Program-made: the position numbers and the translations under genes
Shown here: piece after piece, positions 39,820 through 49,744 of the stretch
Layout of the letters: each line of letters starts with the position of its first letter
How positions within the stretch are numbered: the first letter of the stretch is position 1
Sequence record: SRR20825006_189
Reading direction: 5' to 3' (one strand)
DNA length: 64,000 bases
Notes under the pieces: generated by a model
The model's input: only the letters and a program-made list of their open reading frames with translations
What the model was told of the DNA's origin: nothing
Database searches by the model: none

Positions 39820-40770
39820 ATGAAACTGAAGCGCAGCTATTTGCTCCTGCTGTCATTGCTGGTCTCTGGCGCCGGGACAGCAGAGCGCGCTTTTCTCACT
39901 CATCAGGCTGCTGATAGCGTATCAGTGATTGATTTAGAGACCATGGAAAGACTTGCCGAGCTTGAGATTGCGGCCGCCCCTGTCGGTGTTGCGATCGATA
40001 ATCTCGGTAAACGCTTTTATGTGACTCATCCGGAAAAAGGGCTAATCAGCGTCATAGACAGTGAAAGCTATAACAAAGTCGGTGAAATTCGAACCGGAGG
40101 CCAACCTTTTGGCATCGTGGTCGATTCTGCAGACAAACATCAGGTCTTTGTGGCTGACTGGGAACGTAATGCGGTGCTGGTAGTAAACCCTGAATCGATG
40201 CTGGTGGTCGATTTGCTTGCCGTCGGTAAAAATCCGGCCGGCCTGACACTTGATAGTGAGCGCCGACGGATTTATGTTGCTAATCGTGAAAGCAACAGTC
40301 TGACCGTGCTTGATGCCGATACGCCCGATCTCTATGCCGAGGTGGAAACAGGCAAAGCGCCTTATGCTGTCTCTATTAGTGCCGATGGCAAACGGGTCTT
40401 CGTGACCGGCATTCAGGACGACAGTCTGACCGTGATTGACAGTCAGGATTATTCAGTTACTGCCAGACTGGAGGCAGGCGATAAGCCTTACGGTGTCGCT
40501 ACCACGCCTGACAACAGGTATGTGCTTGTCGCCAATCAGGGGAGTAATGATCTGTGGGTTTACGATCAGCAGACCCTGGAAAAACTGGTTGAAATCCCGG
40601 TCGGAGAAATGCCGGAGAGCGTTGCGGTTTCTGCAGATGGTGCTTATGCCTATGTCACCAACTGGTTCAGTAATGATTTGTCAGTGATTGAGCTCGCGAC
40701 ACACAGAGAAATAAAGCGTTTGCCAGTCGCTGAGTCACCCCGGAGTCTGGGCCGTTTTATTGCGGACTAG
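39820..40770 (+). CDS. mxaE: YVTN beta-propeller protein, MxaE-like
   Basis: Repeats such as G..P.GVA...DG..YVTN....SVI; adjacent to mxaD. Confidence 0.8.
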   Translation: MKLKRSYLLLLSLLVSGAGTAERAFLTHQAADSVSVIDLETMERLAELEIAAAPVGVAIDNLGKRFYVTHPEKGLISVIDSESYNKVGEIRTGGQPFGIVVDSADKHQVFVADWERNAVLVVNPESMLVVDLLAVGKNPAGLTLDSERRRIYVANRESNSLTVLDADTPDLYAEVETGKAPYAVSISADGKRVFVTGIQDDSLTVIDSQDYSVTARLEAGDKPYGVATTPDNRYVLVANQGSNDLWVYDQQTLEKLVEIPVGEMPESVAVSADGAYAYVTNWFSNDLSVIELATHREIKRLPVAESPRSLGRFIAD

Positions 40771-43700
40771 TCTGGGGTGAACTCACTGAGCAGCGTTTCG
40801 ATAACGCTATATCGTTGCAGTAGGCCATTGATGCCGGCAGATGCGGCATCGCGCTGTCCTTCCTGATACTGATAGCGCAGGCTGTTGGCTTCATGATAAA
40901 GCTCGGTATAGGCGGCGCGGATGTTTTCCAGCCACTCAGTAGTGAATAAATCCTGTTTTTTGGCCTGTTCCACCCAGTGCATAAAGTGGCTTTTCTTGTG
41001 ATTCATCAGGGGCCAGTGCCGGATCTGGTCGGGGCTGGTCTGCAGGTTATGCACCACGCCATCGAGCCAGTGCCTTGCCTGCAAGTGCATCATATGCGCG
41101 ATAGTCTGTTCGGCATCCAGATTTTTTGTAGCATGAGCCAGCCAGGCTGGGTTGGGCTGATAACTGGCAAGCCAGTCACGGCATTCTTCTGAAGCCATTG
41201 GCTTGGCGATGATATAACCCTGGGCCATATCGCAGCCCATGCTCATCAGCATCAGTCCATGTTCAACCGTTTCCACCCCCTCAGCAATGACCTGATGATG
41301 GAAGGCATCCGTCAGGCCGATAACGCCGTCGATAATGGTGAAGTCATTGGGATCATCAATCAGATCCTGAACAAAGCTTTGGTCAATTTTTACCACGTCG
41401 ACCGGCAGGTGGCGTAGATGCGTTAGCGAAGAATAGCCGGTACCGAAGTCATCCAGAGCGATACGAATACCCAGCGAACTGCGACAGGTGTTGATAATGC
41501 TGGAGATATGATTGATATCACTGAGTACGCTGCTTTCCAGAATTTCCAGCTGCAGTAATTTCGACGGCACCTTGGGGTGTCGGCCCAGAATTCTGTCCAG
41601 CTGATCAAAAAAGCCTTCCCATTGTAGATGGTGCGAAGAAATATTGACGCTGATTTCCTGCCTTATACCGAGATTGAGCCAGAGTTCAATTTGTCGCACT
41701 GTATGCTCCAGAACCCAGTTACCGACATGAATTTCCAGTTCGGTTCCCTGGATCACGGGCAGAAAACGGCCGGGAGAAATCAGGCCATGTTCCGGATGCT
41801 GCCAGCGGATCAACGCTTCCAGACCAATAACTTCGCCGGTGCGCATATTGACCTTGGGCTGATAATTCAGCACCAGCTGATCGGCCCGCAGCGCTTCCTC
41901 AATGGCACGGAACTGGTTTTGCTGCTGGCTGATCTGCTGATCATGCATGGCATCAAAAAAGTGATGTCTTCCCCGGCCGGCAAGCTTGGCCTGATACATC
42001 GCCTGGTCAGCATGGCGTAACAGCGTGTCGGCATCTGCCTGATCCAGCGGATAAAGGGTAATACCCAGACTGGCACTCAGTGAAATATTGTCACCATCAA
42101 GCACGTAAGGCAGTTCAATTGAATGCCGGATGCGTTTGATCAGTCGTTCGCAGTGATCAATCGAGCTGATGTCATTCAGCAGCAACACGAACTCATCCCC
42201 TCCCAGTCTGGAGGCGGTATCATCCTGACGGATGCTGGCCTTGATCCGTTGTGCGACCTCAATCAGCAGTTGATCGCCGGTGTCATGGCCGTAACGGTCA
42301 TTGACCGGTTTGAAACCATCAAGATCAAGGAATACCACGGCCAGCAGACTGTGATGACGGTTACTGTGCGCAATCGCCTGTTTGAAGCGATCAGCAAACA
42401 GACTGCGGTTGGGCAGCTGAGTCAGCATGTCGTAGTGGGCCATCATTTCCAGCGCCTGTTGCTGTTCCTTGCTCTGGGTAATATCGGAGAACAGGCCCAG
42501 ATAGTTGACGGTTTCACCATGCTCATCGACCAGCGCCGAGATCGTCAGTAGTTCGGCATAGAGTTCGCCATTTTTCCGGCGGTTCCAGATTTCTCCCTGC
42601 CACAAGCCCTGCTCTTGCAGACTGTTCCACATTTCCTGATAGAACAGCCGGCTATGCCTTTCTGAACGCAGAATAGAAGGGTTTTTACCTATAACTTCTT
42701 CACGACTATAGCCGGTAATTTCGGAGAAGGCAGGGTTCACATCGACGATATGTCCTTCTGCATCAGTGACGAGAATACCTTCATGAGCCTGATTAAATAC
42801 ACGCCCAGACATTTTGAGCCTTTCTTCGGCTTTTTTACGATCAGAAATGTCGTAAAGAATGACTATCTGGGTGCTGTTGTTACCATGCTGGACCTCGGTG
42901 GCACTGGCCAATACGTGGCGTAACCGACGATCTTTGCAATAAATATCTACTTCTATGGCGTCTAACTGATCACCACTGCCCTGTTGTTTTTGCAGATAGC
43001 GTTGCCAGCGCTGTTTCACTTGTTCCCGGTAGGCAGGATCAGGATAAGCTTGTGGCCACCAAGCGGTCAGCGTCGGGATATCTTCTAATGTGTAGCCGAA
43101 AGTATCTATAAAAGCGCGGTTCAGATAGATGAGCTTGTTGTCGCCATCATTGAGTGCGTGTGGGATGGGAGAGGCATCGATAATCGCGCGTAGCTGACTT
43201 TCACTCTTCTCTAATGCTGTTTTTGACTGGCGCAAGCGGAAGACCCAGTAGGCGACAGGTAACAGTAACAAGACAATCACTAAGACGGTGCGTCGAATGG
43301 TTTCTGCGCTGATACCACTGGTCAGCTGTAGTCCCATCCACTTGTTTTCAATTTCCTGGCGCTGGGTTTCGTTCAGGTTATTGAGGGCTTTATTGATGAT
43401 GCTGAATAACTCTGACCTGTTTTCTACAACACCGATACGGTAGGCAGTGTCCAGACTGGTTTGTCCGGCGAACTGCAGGTTGAGCAAATCGTGTTCTTTG
43501 ATGGCGTAATTGGCATAAGCGGCATCGCCGATATAAGCATCGGCTTCGCCAGTCGAAACCAGTTCCAGTGCCTGGTGCGTCGTTTCAGCGGTCAGCAGCG
43601 TGATATCAGGATAGTCATTTTGCAGAAATTCATGGGTGAAGTAACCTTTCTCGACCGCAATGGTCTTACCTTTGAGGTTATCCAGAGAGCCGATATAACC

Positions 43701-45017
43701 GTGCCGGTTGGCATTGACGATGACAATCGGATTACTGACATAGGGCATGGTGAAGTCAAGGTATTCATCCCGTTCTTCATTCATATTCAGGCAGGACAGC
43801 ATATCCAACTCGCCGTTTTTGGCCATGGCAATAATTTCATGCCATGGCTTGTCAGCAATAATCTCGAAACTGACTCCCAGTTCGGATTCCAGCAGCTTTA
43901 GATATTCAGCGGCGAGGCCGACATAGTTACCTTGATCATCAATCCATTCATAGGGTGCAAAATCACGGTCAATGCCAACCCGTATCTGCGGATTCTGTTC
44001 CAGCCAGGCTTGTTCAGCCGGGCTGAGAATGGCGGTCAATGAGGGTTGATAAATAAACTGCTGCAATTTGCTATCAGTCAGCTCCGGTGCCAGTCCCAGT
44101 TGTTCATAGATATCGGCAATTCGACGCAGGCGGTCGACTCCCAGCGTGCCTACAGGTACGGCATCGGGTGCGACTAGTTTGCGGGTTTCCCTCGCTTCAT
44201 AACGCAGTTGTTCCGTACTGAGTTCCGGGTTGTACTTGTCACGGATGATCTTGATGATTTCATCGGGATATTGCAGCGCGTATTCCCAGCCCTTGAGCGA
44301 GGCCCGCAGCATGCGTTTAACCCTTCCCGGGTGCTGGTTGAGCTCAGTCCGGTTGGTGAACAGCAGGTCACCATAAAAATCAAAGCCGTAGTTGGGCGGA
44401 CTGATAATATTAATCGCGGTGTTCTGTTGCTGAAACTGGAACGGTTGGTCAGTAATGTAGCCGGATAAGACATCGACCCGGCCTGATGTCAGGCTCTGAG
44501 TGCCCATGTCCTGACCAATACCGGTGATGTTGTTGAATTGAATACCGGCGTCTTCCAGTAATGCCCTTAACACCGCATCATTACCGGTGGTGTCGTCAAA
44601 CATCACTTTCTTACCGGCGAACTCGTAGGGACTCACAATGCCGGAGTCGGCGAGGCTCATAAAAATAAGCGCATCATGCTGGAAAATGGCCGCCAGTGCC
44701 TTGATAGGCGCGCCATTGGCATAGTGCGCGAGTATGCCCATACCACCGACACCATACTCGGCCTCTCCCCGCGTCACCTGGTCTATAACATTGATTCCCG
44801 GGCGGCGTGGTTTAAGCGTGACATTAAGGCCTTCGGCCTGGTAAAAGCCCTTTTCCTTGGCCGCAATATAGCCGGCGAACTGAAACTGGTAAGCCCATTT
44901 CAGTTGCAGTGTGACCGCTTCCGGTTCTCTTGCCGCAGCAGTCTCAATAGCGCCTGTCCCGGACGACAGGATGCTGAGAAAGCACAGCAAAATAAGGCGG
45001 AGCAAAGATATAGGCAT
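40767..45017 (-). CDS. Membrane-anchored diguanylate cyclase/phosphodiesterase (two periplasmic binding domains, PAS, PAS, GGDEF, EAL)
   Basis: LQLKW.YQFQFAGY (NMT1/THI5-like), SBP family-3-like domain, TM helix, PAS, RQDD..GGDEF, EALIRW, DDFGTGYSS. Confidence 0.92.
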   Translation of the reverse strand: MPISLLRLILLCFLSILSSGTGAIETAAAREPEAVTLQLKWAYQFQFAGYIAAKEKGFYQAEGLNVTLKPRRPGINVIDQVTRGEAEYGVGGMGILAHYANGAPIKALAAIFQHDALIFMSLADSGIVSPYEFAGKKVMFDDTTGNDAVLRALLEDAGIQFNNITGIGQDMGTQSLTSGRVDVLSGYITDQPFQFQQQNTAINIISPPNYGFDFYGDLLFTNRTELNQHPGRVKRMLRASLKGWEYALQYPDEIIKIIRDKYNPELSTEQLRYEARETRKLVAPDAVPVGTLGVDRLRRIADIYEQLGLAPELTDSKLQQFIYQPSLTAILSPAEQAWLEQNPQIRVGIDRDFAPYEWIDDQGNYVGLAAEYLKLLESELGVSFEIIADKPWHEIIAMAKNGELDMLSCLNMNEERDEYLDFTMPYVSNPIVIVNANRHGYIGSLDNLKGKTIAVEKGYFTHEFLQNDYPDITLLTAETTHQALELVSTGEADAYIGDAAYANYAIKEHDLLNLQFAGQTSLDTAYRIGVVENRSELFSIINKALNNLNETQRQEIENKWMGLQLTSGISAETIRRTVLVIVLLLLPVAYWVFRLRQSKTALEKSESQLRAIIDASPIPHALNDGDNKLIYLNRAFIDTFGYTLEDIPTLTAWWPQAYPDPAYREQVKQRWQRYLQKQQGSGDQLDAIEVDIYCKDRRLRHVLASATEVQHGNNSTQIVILYDISDRKKAEERLKMSGRVFNQAHEGILVTDAEGHIVDVNPAFSEITGYSREEVIGKNPSILRSERHSRLFYQEMWNSLQEQGLWQGEIWNRRKNGELYAELLTISALVDEHGETVNYLGLFSDITQSKEQQQALEMMAHYDMLTQLPNRSLFADRFKQAIAHSNRHHSLLAVVFLDLDGFKPVNDRYGHDTGDQLLIEVAQRIKASIRQDDTASRLGGDEFVLLLNDISSIDHCERLIKRIRHSIELPYVLDGDNISLSASLGITLYPLDQADADTLLRHADQAMYQAKLAGRGRHHFFDAMHDQQISQQQNQFRAIEEALRADQLVLNYQPKVNMRTGEVIGLEALIRWQHPEHGLISPGRFLPVIQGTELEIHVGNWVLEHTVRQIELWLNLGIRQEISVNISSHHLQWEGFFDQLDRILGRHPKVPSKLLQLEILESSVLSDINHISSIINTCRSSLGIRIALDDFGTGYSSLTHLRHLPVDVVKIDQSFVQDLIDDPNDFTIIDGVIGLTDAFHHQVIAEGVETVEHGLMLMSMGCDMAQGYIIAKPMASEECRDWLASYQPNPAWLAHATKNLDAEQTIAHMMHLQARHWLDGVVHNLQTSPDQIRHWPLMNHKKSHFMHWVEQAKKQDLFTTEWLENIRAAYTELYHEANSLRYQYQEGQRDAASAGINGLLQRYSVIETLLSEFTPD

Positions 45018-45054
45018 AGTGATGGTTAAATATTTAGATAATAACAGGCCAGGC

Positions 45055-45082
45055 CAAAAAAACCATAAAAAAAGTATGGTTT
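45055..45082 (-). terminator. AT-rich hairpin/terminator
   Basis: AAACCATA...TATGGTTT followed by a T-run on the minus strand. Confidence 0.45.
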
Positions 45083-45098
45083 AGCACTGTGTTTCATG

Positions 45099-46712
45099 TC
45101 AGTTGATGACGTCTTTGAATGTGAAGCACTCAAAACTGTCGTTTTGAGTTAACAGCTTGTCAGGCCTGACAGTAAAGTTAAAGCGTTTCTTACCGGTTTT
45201 GATAATGAGTTGGGTATCGGTTTGGTGAATACCATAAGCGGTAATCAACATCGCGGGCTGGTGCTGTAGGGTATTTTCACGGATCAAAAAGGCCGGCTGT
45301 CGCTTATCGCTGTCACCGACAGAGAAAAAGACCGGTATCGCATCACCATGAATGAATTTGAGCCCCATCTTGCTTTGCCCAAAATCATCCGTCCGCAACC
45401 AGCGAACCGACGCCAGTTTCAGAACGGGTCTGGTCTCATTGCCTGCAGTTTCTAGGACGCCGACAAAATCCCCGATTTTAAGATCATGTGCCCGCCGGAT
45501 TTTTCGCTTCTGCAGCAAATAACCATAGCTGTTTTTATTCAGCACCTCCCAGGCACTGTCCAGCCAGGGATCACCGGCGAGTGGCAAGGTGAGCGAAGTG
45601 CTGATGCGCTCATGAATGGCATCGAGACCCACTGCCACATAAGCTTCCTTGCTGCCTTCAACCGGCAGTCTCGCTTGTTTGCGCTGGTAGGAGGTATTGA
45701 GATAAGGCACTAATTGACGTAACAGTCGGATATTGTCTGCTGCCGGATGCTGTTCCCCCTGAGCTGCGGCTTGCTCGAACAGTTTATCCACGCGGGCCAG
45801 AATCGGCCTGGTATCAAGCATCAATGTAGTGGGTCGGTAGTTATCATCCAGGCTCGGTAGTACCGAAGGCATCGGCGTGCGATCACTGAGACAGTTAATA
45901 TAAAAATGGCCGGCTTCGGGTTTGGCATTTTCGGGCAGCAGAGCCAGCGTGGCGGCTGGCGCTAATTGCAGCATCAGCTGGTAACAGCGCAATACATCGC
46001 CACAGGCGAGACCATAGGGGTTACAGATGCTGGTCAGCATGATTTGCAGATAGCGTTGCTGCACCGAAAAATCCGCTTTGTACTGACTGTTCACAAACAC
46101 CGGTTTGTCGGCCAGCTCAGCCGTATGAGTCAGCATCAGCAGTTGATGCATTTCCTGAAACAGGCGCGGCGGTAAAGTGCGGTAGAAATTGTAGCAGTGC
46201 AGCGCCAGCAGACTCATGGCATCTATGGCCCGGTAGATCGCCATTTGAATCAGTGGCTTAAGCTTGAGGTTGTTACTCTGCTCATTGGCTTCAACCACGA
46301 TTATTTTATATCCGCGGGCGAGCTCATTAATGACTTCAGTGAGGTCATCGATGAGTTGCAGACGCTTATCAGCGTTGGTCACCTGCTTTTGAAGTCTGGG
46401 AATCGTCAGGCTCAGCACCAGTTTGTTCAGCGGGCTGCGATACATATCCAGTAATTTTATCCGCTGAACCTGACCGACTTCATTCGCATTGAAGCGTTTC
46501 AGCGCATCCAGATAGCGGGCAGTGAATTCCACTGGATTGGCTGCAGGTAAACGCCGGATCCAATGATGTAGCAGCTCTTCATTGAGCTCGACATTGCCCA
46601 CAGCATGTCGCTCGGTCGGAATGCTCAGACTGAGAGTGGGCATATTGGCTGGCAGCGGAAAGCTCATCGCGGCGGGGAGAGTCCATATCAAAGGCTGAAT
46701 CAGCCTTATCAT
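45099..46712 (-). CDS. FimW-like protein with atypical PilZ motifs (putative c-di-GMP receptor)
   Basis: N-terminal W...LP.AN....R..LL..YR pattern; RKQAR (RxxxR) and NKNSYG (variant of D/NxSxxG); VRWL. Start may be 46667 or 46643. Confidence 0.6.
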   Translation of the reverse strand: MIRLIQPLIWTLPAAMSFPLPANMPTLSLSIPTERHAVGNVELNEELLHHWIRRLPAANPVEFTARYLDALKRFNANEVGQVQRIKLLDMYRSPLNKLVLSLTIPRLQKQVTNADKRLQLIDDLTEVINELARGYKIIVVEANEQSNNLKLKPLIQMAIYRAIDAMSLLALHCYNFYRTLPPRLFQEMHQLLMLTHTAELADKPVFVNSQYKADFSVQQRYLQIMLTSICNPYGLACGDVLRCYQLMLQLAPAATLALLPENAKPEAGHFYINCLSDRTPMPSVLPSLDDNYRPTTLMLDTRPILARVDKLFEQAAAQGEQHPAADNIRLLRQLVPYLNTSYQRKQARLPVEGSKEAYVAVGLDAIHERISTSLTLPLAGDPWLDSAWEVLNKNSYGYLLQKRKIRRAHDLKIGDFVGVLETAGNETRPVLKLASVRWLRTDDFGQSKMGLKFIHGDAIPVFFSVGDSDKRQPAFLIRENTLQHQPAMLITAYGIHQTDTQLIIKTGKKRFNFTVRPDKLLTQNDSFECFTFKDVIN

Positions 46713-46786
46713 AAGCTAGCAGCGCAGTTCGGACAATGAACCAGGTCAGGTTATTTTGAACCGGATTTCAGTTATTTACACAGAGA

Positions 46787-47257
46787 CTAGATGGATTTAG
46801 CACCGGGAAAGCCCAGCTGCTGCCAGGCCTGATACAGAATAATACCGGTGGCATTGGACAGGTTCAGGCTGCGGCTGTCAGGCAGCATGGGAATGCGGAT
46901 CTTGAATTCATCTGCCAGGCTGTTGAGGACGGAATCGGGCAGGCCCCGTGATTCCGGGCCGAACAAGAGGATATCTTCATCCTGATAGCGAACATCGTGA
47001 TGATGCTGTCGCGCTTTGGTGGTGCAGGCGAACACCCGGCGCTCGTTTTGCCACTGCTGAAATGCCTCAAAACCGGGATGAATCAGCAGATCAGCAAATT
47101 CATGGTAATCAAGACCGGCGCGACGCAGACGTTTATCATCAAGCGCGAAACCGAGCGGCTCAATCAAATGGAGTCTGGCACCGCTATTGGCACAGAGGCG
47201 GATGATATTGCCGGTATTAGGCGGGATTTCCGGCTCAAACAGTGCGATGTGGAGCAC
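46787..47257 (-). CDS. trmL: tRNA (cytidine/uridine-34 2'-O)-methyltransferase
   Basis: PEIPPNTGNIIRLC, RRAGLDY, FGPESRGLP, RSLNLSN. Confidence 0.96.
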   Translation of the reverse strand: MLHIALFEPEIPPNTGNIIRLCANSGARLHLIEPLGFALDDKRLRRAGLDYHEFADLLIHPGFEAFQQWQNERRVFACTTKARQHHHDVRYQDEDILLFGPESRGLPDSVLNSLADEFKIRIPMLPDSRSLNLSNATGIILYQAWQQLGFPGAKSI

Positions 47258-47263
47258 GGGGTA

Positions 47264-48859
47264 TCAGGTTTCGTCGAGATAGAGTCTCAGATTCTGACCC
47301 GGCTGCAGCATGGAACGGTCACTGAGGCCGTTCCATTCGCGCACATCCGCCACAGTGACATTAAACTTGCGGGAGATGGCCCACAGCGAGTCGCCATTTT
47401 GAATCGTGTAATTGACCGGTTTGCGTTTGGCTGCCTGAGACCAGATAACCAGCTGCTGTCCGGGTTGGAGAATGTCATGGGCCGTTTTCTTGTTCCAGCC
47501 GGCTAGCGTCATCACATCCAGCTCATGCTTGCGGGCAATATCCCACCAGGTATCGCCACTTCTGACGGTATAAAGCTGTTTTTGCTGCTTGGCACTGTCG
47601 GCATCGGCCTGGCCGGCATGGGCCAGCGCGGTACCGCTCACTTGACCGGAGGCAACCGGGATCAGCAGGTGACCACCGGCGCGGATCTGATTGCTGCTCA
47701 GTTGATTGGCTTTTTTTATCACCGATACGGTTGTGCTGTAGCGACGGGCAATGACGCTCAGAGACTCGCCACGCTGAATCTGGTGGCGGGCCCACTTGAC
47801 GCGTTTGCTCGCCGGCATTTTGCTGAGGGCCAGCTTGAAGCCGTCGATTTTATCTAGCGGCAGCACCAATTGGTGCGGACCTTGCGGTGCCGTTGCCCAG
47901 CGGTTGAAAGCGGGATTCAGGTGATTGAGTTCATCTTCGCTGAGACCGGCCATTTCAGCCGCGACTGCCAGATCGATTTGTGAGCCGACATCGACGGTGC
48001 CGATAAAGGGGGTGTTGTCGATAGGGCTGAGGCTGATGTCATAACGGGCCGGGAATTTCACCATGTGACTGACCGCCATCAGCTTGGGTACATAGGCTGA
48101 GGTTTCGCTGGGCAAATCCAAAGACCAGAAATCGGTGGGTTTACCCAGTTCCTCGTTACGCTTGATAGCGCGGCCGACGGTACCTTCACCACAGTTGTAA
48201 GCGGCAAATGCCAGTTGCCAGTCACCGAAATCGTTATGCAGTTTTTCCAGATAATCCAACGCCGCCCGGGTGGACTGGATCACGTCACGACGGCCGTCAT
48301 ACCACCAGTTCTGTTCCAGTCCGTAGACCTTGCCGGTGCCGGGAATAAACTGCCAGAGACCGGCAGCATGACTGCGGGAATAGGCATAGGGTTTAAAGCC
48401 ACTCTCGACCACCGGTAACAGCGCGACTTCCATTGGCATGTTACGCTTTTTGACTTCTTCCACGATGTGGTAAAGGTAGGGGCGGGCACGCTCAACTACC
48501 CGTTCCACGTATTGCGGGTGGTCGATAAACCAGCGCAGATGGCGCTCGGTATCGGGATGCAGGGTCCGGTAATCGGAAATTTGGAAGCCGGTCCGGATAC
48601 GTTGCCAGACGTCGGTAACAGGTAGAGTCGGATCGGGATTTTGTGAGTCGGATAAGGTGAGGGTGTCGTCAGAATCGCTATCTGGCGTTTCGTCGTAAGC
48701 CTCCTGCCAGGGCGTATGCCGGGGCTTTTTAATTTTGGCGGAATGAATCGACGGCGACGCTGCTGCTTCAGCAGCCTTGTCAGGGGTACTGCTACAGGAT
48801 GCCACCAGGAACAGTGCTGCTGTTGCCAGGGCGATTTTTAAAAAGGCTTGTTTTTGCAT
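47264..48859 (-). CDS. mltD: Membrane-bound lytic murein transglycosylase D (SLT plus 3 LysM)
   Basis: Lipobox VASC, VES, AAGLWQF, AAYNCG, ET..YVPK, LysM repeats. Confidence 0.93.
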   Translation of the reverse strand: MQKQAFLKIALATAALFLVASCSSTPDKAAEAAASPSIHSAKIKKPRHTPWQEAYDETPDSDSDDTLTLSDSQNPDPTLPVTDVWQRIRTGFQISDYRTLHPDTERHLRWFIDHPQYVERVVERARPYLYHIVEEVKKRNMPMEVALLPVVESGFKPYAYSRSHAAGLWQFIPGTGKVYGLEQNWWYDGRRDVIQSTRAALDYLEKLHNDFGDWQLAFAAYNCGEGTVGRAIKRNEELGKPTDFWSLDLPSETSAYVPKLMAVSHMVKFPARYDISLSPIDNTPFIGTVDVGSQIDLAVAAEMAGLSEDELNHLNPAFNRWATAPQGPHQLVLPLDKIDGFKLALSKMPASKRVKWARHQIQRGESLSVIARRYSTTVSVIKKANQLSSNQIRAGGHLLIPVASGQVSGTALAHAGQADADSAKQQKQLYTVRSGDTWWDIARKHELDVMTLAGWNKKTAHDILQPGQQLVIWSQAAKRKPVNYTIQNGDSLWAISRKFNVTVADVREWNGLSDRSMLQPGQNLRLYLDET

Positions 48860-48929
48860 AATTCCGGCTATTATAAGGAAGGAATTCCTATCTGTCTTTC
48901 TCTGATTAATAAAATTGTCATGCGCTTAT

Positions 48930-49727
48930 ATGTCTGAACTTTCTACAAAATGGTGGGGTAATTTTGCGGTTGCCCAGGGAGAACAGCGTACCCTGCGCTG
49001 TGCGGATCTGTGTTTACAGTTGCAGTCGCTGCCCAATCAGTGGTGGCTGGGTTATGAGTGGCAACTGGATATCAATCAGTTCCAGCCGGTGCTGGAGACG
49101 GTCGCCGAGGAGGCCCTGCAAACGCTGGAAAACGAACAGCGTTTTGTTTTTGCTGAACTACCCGCGAGCCTGACCCTGCAGCCGGCACTGGCCGATCGAC
49201 CCGTAGTCTGCCGGCCAGTAGTGTCGGTGAGTTTACTGCCGTTTCAGGAGGTAACGCTGTTTGTCTGCCTGCCACTCTGGGTCAAGTTGCAGACCAGTGA
49301 CGGCGACGAGACGCTGCTGGATATACCGACTGTCAGGGTCTGCGATTCCTGGTTCGGGCCCAATACCCGCGAGGGGGTGATCAGCTATGCTTCTCAGGTC
49401 AGCGAGCAGCTTGACGTCAAGCCAATCGCCAATAATAAAGCCAGAGCGGCCATCGAAGTCAGAATTCAGAACCAGTCCGATCAGATGCTGACGCTGGACA
49501 AAATCAGTGTGCCGGCACCGAATCTCAGTCTGTACGCGGATGACCGTGGCCAGTTCTGGACCCCCAGAATCACGCTGGTGCGACGTGATAATGAAGATGC
49601 GATCCTGAGTGTGGATGAAGTGGTCAGTGGCGGTTTACAGGAATCCGAGTTGACCCTGGTCTGCAGCGCCCGTGAAGATATCGGTCGCAGTAAAATCACC
49701 AAGGCGATATCTGCCTTGTTCGGCTAG
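48930..49727 (+). CDS. Conserved hypothetical protein (possibly DUF432-like)
   Basis: Long ORF with LADRPVV.RP, P.W, DSWFGPNTREG motifs; 17 bp upstream of an MscS gene. Confidence 0.65.
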   Translation: MSELSTKWWGNFAVAQGEQRTLRCADLCLQLQSLPNQWWLGYEWQLDINQFQPVLETVAEEALQTLENEQRFVFAELPASLTLQPALADRPVVCRPVVSVSLLPFQEVTLFVCLPLWVKLQTSDGDETLLDIPTVRVCDSWFGPNTREGVISYASQVSEQLDVKPIANNKARAAIEVRIQNQSDQMLTLDKISVPAPNLSLYADDRGQFWTPRITLVRRDNEDAILSVDEVVSGGLQESELTLVCSAREDIGRSKITKAISALFG

Positions 49728-49744
49728 ACGGAGACTAAGACACA

